Origin: Lingula anatina
Taxonomy: Eukaryota; Animalia; Brachiopoda
Length of the DNA: 64,000 nt
Direction: 5' to 3'
Assembly (NCBI GenBank): GCA_051362555.1
Contig: CM120646.1
Location: 24,056,001-24,120,000, forward strand
Position numbers and translations under genes: made by a program. Positions within the stretch are counted from its first letter, which is position 1, and each line of letters opens with the position of its first letter. The notes under the pieces were generated by a model. That model saw nothing but the letters and a program-made list of their open reading frames with translations. It searched no databases and had not been told where the DNA came from. Positions 1 to 13,845 of the stretch are shown here, in pieces.

Positions 1-54
1 TACAAAGGTACCACTACTAACAATTATTGTACATCAAAAGTAGAATTCTGCTAT

Positions 55-200
55 TATATTATATTATATTATATTATATTATATTATATTATATTATATT
101 ATATTATATTATATTATATTTTGGGTACCAATTCTCCAAAATGTCAGAATTATATTATATTATATTATATTTTGGGTACCAATTCTCCAAAATGTCAGAA
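55..200. repeat. (TATAT)n microsatellite plus a short local duplication
   Basis: ATATT runs; TTTTGGGTACCAATTCTCCAAAATGTCAGAATT occurs twice (~119 and ~170). Confidence 0.85.
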
Positions 201-328
201 TTGGAGTCGTGCTTTTTAAAATTAATTTAGTAGGGTTTGATTTGACAAATGTTATTAAAATGCAGTGAACAACTCAATTTATTCTTGAACAAATCAACTA
301 ATAAAATATTTTCTTTTACATGATGCAG

Positions 329-2145
329 CTAAGGGCAAGGACTGTGCTGAGCTGTATAAAGGGGGTATCCGCCGCAGTGGAGTGTACACCATCAACCTCC
401 TAAATGGCGGCGGTGACGTGGACGTGTATTGTGACATGAAAACAGACGGGGGAGGGTGGACGGTAAGCTAGGGGTTGAACACATAGAGTGCAGGTGACGT
501 GGACGTGTACTGTGACATGAAAACAGACGGGGGAGGGTGGACGGTAAGCTAGGGGTTGAACACATAGAGTGCAGGTGACGTGGACGTGCACTGTGACATG
601 AAAACAGACGGGGGAGGGTGGACGGTAAGCTAGGGGTTGGACACATACAGTCCAGATGCCGTGGACGTGTACTGTGACATGAAAACAGACGGTGGAGAGT
701 GGACGGTAAGGTGCGGCTTAGATGAAAAACAATGGTTCTTAAATCCAAACAAGGTTTTTATATGTACAGACTCATATTTATACATCTAGTTAGTGATCCT
801 GTAATTAACCAAAGGATATGATGAATTCTGGATTCTGCTCAAAACGTTCAATGACATAACTTGTGTGTTTTTCACCACATATTGCAATCAGTGGACGTGT
901 CTGCTTGGATGGTGAGCCAGTTGAGTGCTCTCTAGCAGGTGCCCTTCTGGCTGGTACAAAACTGAACCCCAGCTGAGGACGTACTTCTTAGAAGTTTGCC
1001 ACAGCTATAATGAGAACATCTTGTAGAGAGTAAACCACAAATCTATAATATCTTGTGTTTGAATTTTTTTTCAATATAGTGTACAGTGAGTGATCCAAAA
1101 GTCAACCGTGTGTATACATCACTTCCGTGGCATTGTGTGCTCAAAGTTTGACAGAATCTTTGTTTGTTACCAGGTGTTCCAGAGACGTATGGACGGCAGC
1201 GTGGATTTCTACAGAGACTGGGCAGCTTATAAATATGGCTTTGGGAATCTGAACGGGGAATATTGGCTAGGTAGGTGTAAGAATGACAGGCCGTAGCCGG
1301 GGGGGGGGGGGGGGAAGGTTCTTTGGGTTCGAAAGAACTGCCCCTTTTGCTGGGAATAGGTCCATTTCTGGGTAAAATTTTATCTATGTACATGAAGTTT
1401 TTTATGGAAAGGGTCCACTTTTTCAGAAAAAGAACACCCCTTTTGAAATCCCTGGCTACGGGCCTGCTGCTATACCTTTGACTGTCATTCTGTGCTCTTT
1501 TTTAGGAAACAAGTTTATACACCTGTTGACTAACCAAGCCCCTTACGAACTCCGCGTGGATCTGGAGGACGCCACAAGAGAGAAGAGATACGCCAAATAC
1601 GCCTACTTCACTATAGGAGATGAAGCTGCCAAATACCGCCTGTCTCTTGGCACGTATTCCGGAACCGCTGGTAATTTAGAGATTTACTCAGCTGATGCTT
1701 AAACTTCTCAGTGTTAGAATTTTATTCACGTGAATCAGTTCAGGGTCGCGATAGCAAAGCTATGAACGTTCTGTATGTCTCAAAAACTTCAATGAAAAGT
1801 ATGTATATACATGTTAACTCACTGGATATACTCAGTTTGTAATACAGTGTCTCTCTGTGAACTTCAGGGGACGCCATATCTCACCACACAGGTCAGTTCT
1901 TTACCACCAAGGATAACGACAACGATGAGAGTTCAGCAAACTGCGCGGTGAGACACAGTGGTGCGTGGTGGTATGATCACTGCCACGGAGCCAATCTGAA
2001 CGGCCTCTACAAGCTGGGGAACGACAATCCCGCTAAAGCTGAGGGTGTCATTTGGAGCAGATTTAGAGGGTATCTGTCCATGAAGACATCGGAAATGAAA
2101 GTCCGCCCAGTCTTTTTCAGTTCATCTCCTGTCGTGGTTGGTTGA
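329..2145 (+). CDS. Fibrinogen-related domain (FReD) protein, ficolin/tenascin/angiopoietin-like C-terminal domain; 5' part lies upstream of the window
   Basis: GT-AG exons 329-462, 1174-1270, 1506-1670 and 1868-2145 join in frame. Translation includes [31 protein letters not shown]|[33 protein letters not shown]|[16 protein letters not shown]..|..[32 protein letters not shown], which are classic FReD motifs. Stop TGA at 2143-2145; AATAAA at 2431. Confidence 0.95.
412..710 (+). repeat. 81-bp tandem repeat (~3.7 copies) spanning the FReD exon end and 5' splice site
   Basis: Unit GGTGACGTGGACGTG..GGGTGGACG|GTAAGCTAGGGGTTGAACACATAGAGTGCA starts at 412, 493, 574 and 655; GTAAG donors at 463, 544, 625 and 706. 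Confidence 0.95.
1287..1466. mobile_element. Small MITE-like element in FReD intron
   Basis: Imperfect terminal inverted repeats CAGGCCGTAGCCGGG (1287) and CCCTGGCTACGGGCCTG (ending 1466); no clear target-site duplication. Confidence 0.6.
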
Positions 2146-2771
2146 TTTGACCTAAGTTATGGAAGCACTGTTTTACAAATGTAGTTCGGATTTAACTTTT
2201 ACACGAGATGATAAATTACTTGCCATTGTTTTCAATTAGCACAGCAAATGACACAGTTGAACATCGGAATTGTTTTGAAATGCATATGGCGAATTACCCT
2301 GCACTCAACCCGCTGGGACAAAGTGAAACTGAACGCTTACGCAAAACATAATGATTACTCAGCCCACTTGCCACTACCATGTTTTGAATTAGCTTTTCAC
2401 TTGTTTCCTTATATTTCACCGACAATTTGAAATAAAAATAGTCAAACTATCTTCGTGCTGTCAGCACAACTATCGCAATCAAGATAAGGCTTTGTCGTGT
2501 CTTGGCATTGTCCCTGTATATTAACCTGTGTTAATGCTTTGGTGATGAAGGCCTGTTTCTATAATAATTATATTATTTTTAGAAATACATTAACATCTAG
2601 CTATAATTCAATAAGTAAAAAAATTAATTAATTAATTAAAAAACATTCCGAACACATCGTTTAAAGTCTATTAAAATTATTTGTCAAAATTTTAGAGCCA
2701 TTTCTTTCTTTATATACGGCATTACGGCATCTATAGTGTAACATGCATTATAGGTGAATAGAGATGGTTGC

Positions 2772-2807
<36 letters not shown>

Positions 2808-5800
2808 GTGTGTAAAAGGAGACAAAAAAATATGGCAAATCTAAGTCTTACAGTGTATTATTATTATCATTATTATCTGTTTTACTTGCCACCCAAAATA
2901 AAAGAACCCTGTGATATGTTAGGAGTTTTCCCCGAGGACGGGATCTGTGAGGAGAGCCACTGTTGGGTCACCACCAAGCATGACGTTAGTTAGATTTCCA
3001 CCTGACCGAGTGGCTTGGCTTTGGTGACCTAGATTTCAGCGGGCGGCAGCATCAGTCCCCGAGCTCTGCGAGAGAGAGCATTGATCGGCTTTACGATCAA
3101 AACATAGGGGAACACTTCTGCTAAGTTAGTATCCGCTCTCACCTGTCTCATCTTCTACCATATCTCAAGGAACGCCGCTGCACAATTACTTAACTTTGAC
3201 AGTAGACAAGCTTGGTAGCGTGGGACGCTGTGACTCCAGCAACTTAAACGATCGTATCAGGTAAACCAGTTTTTCCTCTTTCGTGCATTCAGTTTTATCG
3301 GTCTTGCGGTCTTTTAGCTGCAGTGCATACACTCCCCTGACATAACAGTGATTAATAGACGCACTGCTTGAGCTGAAGTCAGAGACTGGTTTAGAGTTTG
3401 ACTGCGGCACCTCACAGGTGGGTAACAGTACAACAACAACCTATACAGTTCTGTTTAACTGGACTGTGACCACGGCCAGGTACACGCCGGGTTATCCGAC
3501 ACTATATTATTGAAGTCATGAAAGCAATACCTTCTTCTGAGTTATATATACATTCAACCTGTTAATATGGTGTGAAAACTCCCGCTGTAGGATCTGAACA
3601 CATTCGTAGTCTGTGTACCCGTCCACTAAGGCCTAAGTTACAGTGACAGTCCCTCGTCTCGTGCTGGCTAACCCCAGTCCCCTTAGCCTGGGGCTACATC
3701 ACCTCCCCCCCCCCCCCCCCAACACACACACACACACACACACACACACCTTTAACAACAAACAGAAACACGTGTAACACTGCATGGATATAGTACTAGT
3801 GCTAAAAACATTCTTAGCCGCGTATTTACAGACATGTTTATATTTCTTAAAACAAATACACTAGAAATATTCGCTTTTGAATAATCGAAGGTACAGTTGG
3901 AACTACTTGTAAAGAAATTCACACAATCGATATTTGCACAGTGAACATTTTGTGTTGAGGGCAGTAGACCAGTTTTAACTGTAGTTTTCCTAATGTAAGC
4001 AGGACCTAAGTATACTCTGTTACTCGGTGAGCGGTGTAGTCCTTGCTGTCTGGGCTTATTATTTACACCGAGTAGTAGTAAAAGATCCCATGGACAAAAT
4101 CACAAATTAAATGCAAAATATCTCGTTGGACAGTAGGGCAATTGTCATGAATATAGAGACATATCTGTGGCTTTCTAGTGAAAAATCAGAAACCCTGGTA
4201 GAGGGTAATGTAGCTAACGTGTGCTGGCGCTGTGGAGATCTGTAAAACTCCCTATCCAGGTATTAGGTGACATTGCTTGTCACTGAAGCACGGGAGGTGG
4301 CATATGATGACAGGGGTCTTAAGTCGTCTGTCTCTGTCTCACCTCTCTCTCTCTCTCTCTCTCTCCCTCTCTCTCCCCCCCTCTCTCTATCTCCACTTCA
4401 CCTCTCTCTCTCCGTCTCCTCCACTCCTATCTCTCTGAAATATAAATTCTTCACCTATGGACTGAAGTATACCACTAAACATTCCGATTAAACACAGTTC
4501 TACAAATATCAGGTGTAATGATTGAACAGAGATTTGGTATATAATCAGGTTTAAAGGCATTAAAACATTAACAACCTCTCGGTGAGAAGTCACTAGGCAG
4601 TAATAACGGACCCTTGCCGTGCTTACCTGGTTCTAAGTAATTCAGGCAATTAACCACAAATGGTAACTAATGCTAACTTTAATATGTTTTTCGTTGCTGT
4701 GCTTCAGTTGTTTTGAGGTAAAAAATAAGCAGAAAACATCAATAACATTGTTTGTGTAACTTTATTTTATCAATATTAGGCGTATACGGTGGTCGCATAA
4801 TGCAGATATTCCCATTATTCGTCCAAGCGCATATTAAGGAAATTGGCTGTACTTGCTATGTCAAAATTAGTTTATTAAAAAAATGACTTTTAATTTCCAT
4901 ACGAGCAATTTCTCTCTAGTGGTCGTCCGTTTATGTAGAAATAGTTGTTCATTTCCGTAACTTTTAATCATCATGAAAGCCTTCAAGTCGGGTTAGCCCC
5001 CCCCTCCCCCCGCTTCCCCGTCTTTTGGTACTCGTGTACCGCGCCCCGTGTCCCCTTCCACAGACGCTCAGCAGTGTAGACTGTCTTAAAGTTCTTTACG
5101 GCAGTCGGCGAACAGTTTGACGTACTGACATTGGGTGGGAGTGCGATAACGAAGAATCGGGCGTCTCTGTAGCTTTTATGTACACTTTTGTGTGTATTGT
5201 TCTAGATCTAGCTGTTTACTTTGGTAAAGGTAGCACATTGTGTATAATTTCAGCAGGTGATACGTATATTTTACACCAGTGTCTAGAACCACGTGCACCT
5301 TCCACTCAAAACTGACATTCCTGATACCGTGCCTTTCTTGTATTATGATATGTATAAGGACCGGGAACCGGTGTTTGACCTTGAGACCTAGAGGTTTGGT
5401 CTAATTTTAATTTAGGATCAGTCCGTAGTGGTTTACGTAAACAAAGTAGCTATTGCTCCAAAGTAAGGTGTCAAATATTTTATTTTTGCGGCAGCGCATT
5501 TATTTATTAAAGTGTAATATTACTGATTTACCTTGGTTAAGGTTGAGGAAGTATTGTTCAAAACGTCCCTAGGCATTTGATGTGTGTCTACTTGGGTTGC
5601 AAAACCACGCCGTAGTATCGAAACAGGGGTGGATCATTTTCAGTCTTTCTTTTTTAATTTAAATACAAGCAGTGCTGAGCTGGCCTGTTTACCTGTGACT
5701 GAATCATGCTCATTCGCGCACATCGTCTCCCTGTATAACGCGCTGTGAATACCGGGCCTGGATGTCTGCAGATCATTTGTGTTGCGGTCAGCTAATTGAC

Positions 5801-6326
5801 ATTCAGTGCCACACCTGTTATGATGTTGATATCCAGAGAACTTGACACCTCGCGGTCACCAACTGGACAGTTATTGCATGATGGGGACGGTCCAGAGGTG
5901 ACAAAACAATATAAGCCACGGTAAGCCTTGAGTGATCAGAGTACAGACTTCACAGTGCCCCACATAACATTGTATTAGTTGAACTTGTAGCAGCTACGTA
6001 ACTTGTGTGTTGGAGTGCTGTGAGTGGTAGTGGAGTGGGGGAGGTGTAAACATGGTCACTGCCAGCCCACCTCGCCCTAGGTTTTGAACCACTTAGGTCA
6101 GACTAACCCTAACCAAACCCTAACCATTGTAACTATATGGAGGACGGACTTTCTTTCACACGGACCTTCCGTTTCGTTACACCGGCACTGTTGACTACCT
6201 TCTACCAGGCCCACCAGGTTGTTGTTTATCGCTAGATATTTACAGATATTTTTCTAGATGGTTCTTTGCACTTCTTATCACTCTACTGGTCACTGGTAGA
6301 GAGTGCTTGTTGAAAAGGGTGAGATG

Positions 6327-6494
6327 CAGAGGCGGATTTAGGGCGTCTTCTGGGTCTTCCAGAAGACGGTCAGATTTTCAAGTTTACATTGGCGGGTATC
6401 TAATTTTTTCTGTCGCAAGACGGTCAAAAATGAAGAACGGATCAACAAAGATAATTTGGAAGACTGTCAGGAAATATCTCTGGATCCGCCCCTG
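6327..6494. mobile_element. MITE with CAG..CTG termini and 5-bp target-site duplication
   Basis: TIRs CAGAGGCGGATTTAG and CTGGATCCGCCCCTG; AGATG flanks both sides (6322-6326 and 6495-6499). Confidence 0.7.
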
Positions 6495-7578
6495 AGATGG
6501 GGTGATCAAGACGAGGAAGTGAAAGACGCTCAGTCTGGGCTTAGTTGGCAACTGGCTAGTTGTCTACACCTATGACTTTGTCAACACTTATTTATTTATT
6601 GCGCCCGGTAATCTACCATATGACACTTGCTATTACGTCTGATATAGCTTTTCCATGGTTGACACTATGTAGGTCTAAAGGTTCAAACGAAGGTAAATAA
6701 CAATGGAGGTTAGCACGGTGTACAAGTACAAGTAATAATACAAATGAGAGAGGTGTGTCCGCACTTGTAAAGTTTATACACAGTGCTATGAGAAAACGGA
6801 AGCTATCTAAATTGAGATAACACCTGTAACTTTATTATTACTATGTACATGTATTTAAACTTAAGTATATTATAATTAGTAGTGTAGAGAGCCTATAAAT
6901 GTACACTCATTTCATGTGCTCAATAAATTATTATTAATTATTAATACATGTAGTTTGGCATTCATCAGATCGGTGTGGGATCACAGCAGGTAGAGGCACC
7001 TAGCAGTTCTTAGTGAAACGTTATATATTCCCCACACTGCACAGGGCAGAGAACATATCATTTACTGGCTCAGGTAATCTGACGCTGATGATTCCTCTTC
7101 CTAGTCCAATAGACAGAAATAGCATACTTAATCAAGCTGTACGCGTCAACACGTTTGCTAGTCTCACTCGGAGATCTCCTGACGCACGATAACACCCTGC
7201 CAATACTCGTGTCCCGTTCTGTCTGCCACACTAACGGAATAGTGGATTGAATGATTAACAATATTTAGATTATTTGAATGAAAATTAACAAAGTGGTTAG
7301 TCCCGGTGGGGTACGTGGGTGGGTGTCTAATACCTAAGCTAATGAGGCTACTAATTTCCTCGCTATAAAATAAGGTTGCTTATGTTTTTTTGTGGCATCC
7401 TCAACAAATTTCTTCCAATAAAATATAGCTTCTTTGCCGCTCAAAATAAAGAAAACACTTCATACACTAATGAATATGCGATTTTAAACCATTTTAGGCC
7501 TTAGACTGAAGTCGATTTAATGGTTTATTTCATGTTTATCTTCCGTAAAAAAAGTATCCTTTTAAACAGCGTTTATCA

Positions 7579-7780
7579 AATTTATTATTCATAAATATCG
7601 TTACTCTCCACAATACATTGAGGAAACTTGGAGGTAAAACCCCTGGTTTCCTTTTTTGACTGCGCATTGGTAAAGTGGAGGCAATTTATTATTCATAAAG
7701 GTCATTGCTCTCCACAATAAATTGAGGTAAAACCCCTGGTTTCCTTTCTTGACGGTGTAGTGCTAAAGTGGAGGCAATTT
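7579..7780. repeat. Degenerate tandem duplication, about 100 bp x2
   Basis: AATTTATTATTCATAAA..CTCTCCACAATA..GAGGTAAAACCCCTGGTTTCCTTT..TAAAGTGGAGGCAATTT occurs twice. Confidence 0.8.
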
Positions 7781-9603
7781 GTGTCGAATTTCACACGTGT
7801 ATCAAAGGTATTTATAATGGAATGTAAATAAACAGGGTTCATTAGTGACATCTTTCGTCCTCTTGATTGGAGTGATATATTGGACAGCATCTACCAGGTG
7901 CCTGTCAATACTTTTTAATTTTAATTCTAATGTAAGGACCGTATACACCAATACCATAGCTTTGATACACGATGATATATTCAGTGGAATTCTCTCGACA
8001 ATTTCTGTTATCCGGGGTGTCTTTTTTATTGAAAAGTAGTTCTGTTACATGTCATACTTAGGTTTTCTAAGAAACTGAGAGATTAAATTTTATCATCGTT
8101 AAGCCGAAAGAAAATCACCCGTGGACCCACACAACAGGCAAATATGCACATAGGCAAACTTTGACGACCCGTTCAATATATTATCTTGGATAAGCTAGCT
8201 AACATGTTGACCAACACTCCCAGATGTAATCACTGGGCGGACATCATCTTTACCCTGAAGACAATGTATACAGGGTGAAGGCACACATACTGTAACTGGA
8301 CATATACAGCATAAATCGATGTAATAATGCACTGGTCACGCGCTTTTTTGTACGTGCATGGATGCTCGCTCGCGTGTTTGTGTGTGTGTGAATCTGAGCA
8401 AGGAGTTTTAACATAGAGTTCCTTGATCTGAGAGAGATACTATTGTTATTCTTCATTCTGTGGGATAATAATTGACTTCTATGAATTAATATACAGTTCA
8501 TATTGGGAATATGCGACTTCAGAATGATTTATTAAGAGGGCCTTGTCATAAGAACTGAGGACAATCACCGTCATATGTACTGGTTAATATTGCTGCAGTG
8601 ACCAGCACACACATACCACTATGAAATAACACCATTAGACCATCGTGGAGGTATGTTAATAACTAAATACTTGGCTTATGACATAGGTAATTATATCCTA
8701 ATGCGTGGAATGAGCGTCTTAATCCCGGCAATCGTCACCTGTATTTAGAGGTCTCGCGTCAGCATTCAACATTCTCTAGGGTTGGGCACTGCGCACTGTA
8801 AGTTCTCAAATGTGAAAATACAGTTTCACTGGATCTCAGTTTTAATGATTGAAAAGTTTTAATTTATGATAGATTCACACATGTGATTTACCTGTTGACA
8901 GTTTCGTCTGTTCACTATGACAGGCTTGGTCACAACTCAGTTCTTCCTTCAGTAAGTTGTGTGAAGAAACCCACGAGGTCAGACATTTTCGTTTTTCTGG
9001 GTTTTTGGTTTGTCTCGTTGCTTTGAGGTATAAAGTTTTCTGTTTTCTCTGTTATGTTGTTATAAAACACAGGAAGGGTCTACTTCTGGCGTAATGCCAT
9101 CAGCACAGTTTTTCCCCCGATAATTAAAACCTTGTGAACACTTCTGTATATCCTGCAACGTTCACATTCAGTGTGTGCTGTGATAAGAGCGTGGCAGAAC
9201 TTAGTATGCCGCAGTTTACTGTCCAGACAACAGCGGACCGGAACAGACCCATTGTTGTTCTGTAAAACTGGACATAGAGCAGAAACCGGTTATTAAGTGT
9301 CACGGCCATATATCTGTGTTATCTTTCATCTTGTCAACGTGTTCCCTGTGGATGACAAAACGACCGTCTTGTGACACAGAGTGTGGAGACGTTCGTGTGT
9401 GTGTGTGTGTGTGCGCGTCTGCTTACTTAGTCCATGCTCTGAACGTGACCGTGTTCCAGACGTATGCTTGCGTGCGCGCACCTGTATGTATATGTGTGGG
9501 CCTGAATATTTGTATACATTCATTTGCCCAAGTCAAATCTTTCAGATATCTTAACTATTGACATACTGACACACCACCCTTCCCCTTCCCGTGTGTGGCC
9601 CTG

Positions 9604-9745
9604 GGCCTCGTAACTCGAAAGCATCGCGCATTGCGACCGAGCGCAAGTGTCTTGATTCCATAACTCGCCCATACTCGTCCCATATAATACATTGTAACCT
9701 CTATATCGCTATTCGCAATGCACGATGCTTTCGAGCTACGGGGCC
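9604..9745. mobile_element. MITE / foldback element about 130 bp upstream of the first PLC coding exon
   Basis: 33-bp inverted arms with 3 mismatches: GGCCTCGTAACTCGAAAGCATCGCGCATTGCGA (9604-9636) and TCGCAATGCACGATGCTTTCGAGCTACGGGGCC (9713-9745). Confidence 0.7.
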
Positions 9746-9958
9746 GTGTTCTACACACTACATACACTGCGGGCTGATGTTTACTAGTACGTGTAGGGAG
9801 TACCAGCCAAGTTATGTGACCTAGATGTAATCACTGGGGAACTGTACTCATGTTTTGGTATTTTTGTTATTCCAGATGCGAGGTGTTTGACTGGTGAGAA
9901 GAGCTAAGAGATACGCAAACAGTACCTGGTGAGCTATTTCTGCCGGACACCTGCCGAA

Positions 9959-10088
9959 ATGGACGCTAAAAAAGGTCAGTGTTTGTATTTTAAATGTTTT
10001 AGTGTTCCGTTCTAATGAGGTCCGGCACGATGAGACGGTGAACCTTTGACCACGTGGGATGGGGAATATTGAGAACTGTAGAAGCTAT

Positions 10089-10127
<39 letters not shown>

Positions 10128-13100
10128 GAGTGGATGGGTGTGCAAGACACGAGTACAAACGAAAGCCTGTCGGTTCTCCTATTTTCACAGGTCAACAACT
10201 TGCTGGCTAACATGACAGGGTTACGTGACAGGTTTTTGTATTTCGAGCACATATAATTTACTTACAAACACTTGTCATTAACAATAATGTACAATATCAC
10301 ATCTGTTACGGGACAAGGTGTGCTACTATTACACCTGAAGTGACGTGTAGTTTTAAACCACGTACGTGGTGTATTTTAATCTACATAGTATACTGGTGTA
10401 TAGGGGAAGATAATGTACAAAATGTGTACGACTAAATGCCCATGATGCGATGTGAATAGTAAATTAACACGAAGACACACATTTGGCCCGCATGCCGCGT
10501 AAAGAGACAAACTTTGGAGCAAAACATGCACCGTTTATTTGTTGAAAAGAGATTTTAAATTAGAGAACACACCACAAAAAAGGCAGCAGAATCTAAATCT
10601 GGCTGTAATTTGGTAGACGAACTGCAGGAATACGCTAACTCATTTCTGTCGACCTACATTTCAAATACATGATATCCGCTCTAAAAACTCTCCATATGGA
10701 AGTCAGTTATTGCAGGAAGACAGTAATCTGAATAAGGTTCCAGGCATGATGTGGTATGTCATAAGTTGTCAACATTTTTTTTTACTGATCGTAGATCTCA
10801 ACTGCTGCATTTGAAGACTATCTGTATCCGATCGCTCAGTAGTTTCTTGTTTTCTGTTCTCAGACACTTTTATACTTCGCCCCATTAATTTTTTCTGCTG
10901 CTGCAATGTACATGTTAGGGTTAAAGAACTGGGGAATCCTTAATGCTCAATGTAATGGCACCGCGCAGGTTATCGTAGAGATTTCCACTGTCAACTTATC
11001 ACTGATGGCACTATTAGGAGTGTGTACTTAGAACAATAGACATAAAACCAGAGTGCATTTTATGCAGATTACAGGATATGATGAGCACTTAGACAGGTGA
11101 TTGTAATGTTTACAGTGTGTGCATGATTCAACGAAGTATATGAGTAATAAAATAGGTAAGATAGATTGAGCTCCAGTTCCGTTATAGTCCATTAGAGACC
11201 AAGTCTACCCGTAAACCTCTGAAGATCCCAGTAGGGAATGGAAAGAGAAATAAAACCTGCCCAATTAGATCGAATAGATAACTTCACCATTTCTGAAAGT
11301 CATTTTGTTAAACATTGGTTGAAACAGTAACAACATTTATGTGGAAGATATTTCGTCGTGGCATTCTCTTAATTGTATAATTATACTAATTTTTTTCGAT
11401 TTCTTTGTCTTGATATACAGATATCCGTGGATCCGGTATGTAGACCGCTAGACATGCACTAAAACACTTCACACATATACTGCTCATACAATATGACAAA
11501 TACGTCTCAAATACTGGCGTGTCACGTGATTTATCTTTTATTTGAAGCATGCAATTTATGCTTGTATAACATTTATATAATTATATCTCAGTTTAGTATT
11601 GTATAATCTATTTATTTGGTTGCATTCTTGGCCTGCTGATATTCATTTTATGATAACTTGATATAAGTCTTGATATCAATAAGTATTAAATTCTGATTTT
11701 GGACAGTTGTTTTTTTTTTTTTTAAATAATTTTTGTCCCATTTCTCTGCCGTCATAACTTTTTTTATCTCTGCAGTTCTGTTGGGTAATATCTAGAATCA
11801 AATACTTTTATGAAGCATGTTGTGTTGGACTAGACTTTTTTTTTTTTTGGGGGGGGGGGGGTGGGGGTGGGGGGGGCGGAGGGCGTTAAGTTTAACGTTC
11901 TGTAAGATTTCCCTGCTTGGCATCAGTTTGACAATAGCGCTCTTGGTTTTGTTCATATCTCCTTTTTAATCAGCATATTATTATTTCTTTTTTGATGAAC
12001 AATCCAGTGGCAGAAAACGGGGAGAGGGTCTAAAACAGCTGTTTGCTATGAGAATGCCTTTTTAAAAATCACAGAAATTTTGTTGTCTTTTAATCATACG
12101 CATTTAACATGATAAATTCTTAAATAATTTCAACCATATACTTTTATGAAAAATGGATATGGTAATTTTTTATGCAAATAGTGGTCCTTATACCTCACCC
12201 GGCATAAGCGTTTATATCTTGCTAGCAAATGAGATCAAACACTTTAATACGTTTTATTTCAGACTTTTGTGTTTTAACTTGAAGTATTGTGAAATTTCGT
12301 ACTTAAAATTGGTAAATGCAGTTATGATGACAGACTGTGCTTTCCATGTATATAGAAGGATTAGAATGATTTTATCTCAGTTGATTTTATCTTCCCAACG
12401 CCAGGACATAAGAAAAATGGAGTATTGCTGCTTGCCGTAAAACCACGTGATACAGATGACGTCACACCTCGTATGTTCAAACTACACGTGATTGAGCATT
12501 GCTTCAAGCACACTCGCTCTACACGTGTGGAATCACAGATGGTTTTTAAATCTTTTCTTCGTTTCTTTGCACTTGTGTGATTTCTTGTCTAAAGTACACT
12601 CTTTTATCCTTTTTATATTGGATCCTGCTGTTCTAACGTGTTGTATATTTTGTTGCAGTTTGTGCAGCAACGAGCTGAAACTCCTGGATATGAAAGCAAT
12701 ATGTGAAACGCCATATGCACTTTGTATAAGGGCTATTTCTCATAATAATGTACCGTGGAAAACACAGTAAACCGACACCATGGGACCCATTTGTACAGTT
12801 TTATGTCATTTTATCCTCATATTTTCCCCTACAGTGGATAATGGCCCACATTTTATGTCCTTGTTCATACAGTGGTAAAATGTTTGCTACTTAAAGTAAT
12901 AAAAGCAATTGATATATTGAAAATAAAACATGCCACTACTTGGAAAACCACCGGGAACAGTAACTTTCCAGTTTTCTGAAACCCCACCTATATTACTTGC
13001 ATCCCTATTAAATTATAACATTGCCTTAAATGAAAATTTTGTTTGAATATCTGACGTTTCGGCATAACTTATATTGTAGTACAATTTGACTCATTACAAA

Positions 13101-13808
13101 ATTCATCTACTTTAAGAATAATAAGGAAATTGTCCTCATGCGATATAGGCGACCTCTTTTCTGTACGTCTATTTTTCTCCTTACTAGCGTGGGCCATTTG
13201 TGCTGAAAAGAATACTTCCACTCAGTACACGTGTATGTTACGGACACGTATCTTTACTGACACTACTAACAGTACTACCAGCATTGGGTGGTATGGTGTA
13301 ATATTTAGTTTATTATTATTTAGTTAAGTATGTTTAGATATGTATTGTACTAATATGTGATGTATTCCCCCTCTCTCCCAGAGGTACTGCAACCAGTAAA
13401 AAGGTAGATTAGGAACTTTAGTAGGAACAACCTATGATATGTATTTGTTCAAAAAAACTTTAACCGTTACATTCATTTGTTGATTTTAGTGCCTTGTGGT
13501 TTCGGTCTGATGTGATATTTATATTTGGTTTTGTAGACTCACGTGTTACACCTAATTTGTTCTCTTTTTAGAACGTTCTCTTTTTAGTGATTGCCGTAGT
13601 TCAGATACAGATATTATTTTCTTGTTAGTTTGATAAGGTTTTATTAAAAATAATTTCATTTGTTATCATATGAATTCGAATTCTCGAAGCTTTCCCACAT
13701 TTGGTGATGGTACTCTGCAATAAAAGTGCATTTTGTTCATGCACGGGGAAAAACCGACCACTGATTTCAGCCTAAAGACTACAGCCTACATACACGCTCT
13801 AATTTCTC

Positions 13809-13845
<37 letters not shown>

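Noticed and set aside
392-748. Minus-strand repetitive ORFs
   Set aside because: Antisense read-through of the 81-bp repeat; no independent coding evidence.
2910-3416. Possible solo LTR (TGTGA..TCACA ends)
   Set aside because: No target-site duplication for any end pair tried and no internal retroelement sequence.
12400-12710. Possible extra or alternative PLC 5' exons
   Set aside because: AG and ATG candidates exist, but no convincing donor and frame combination joins them to exon 13883.
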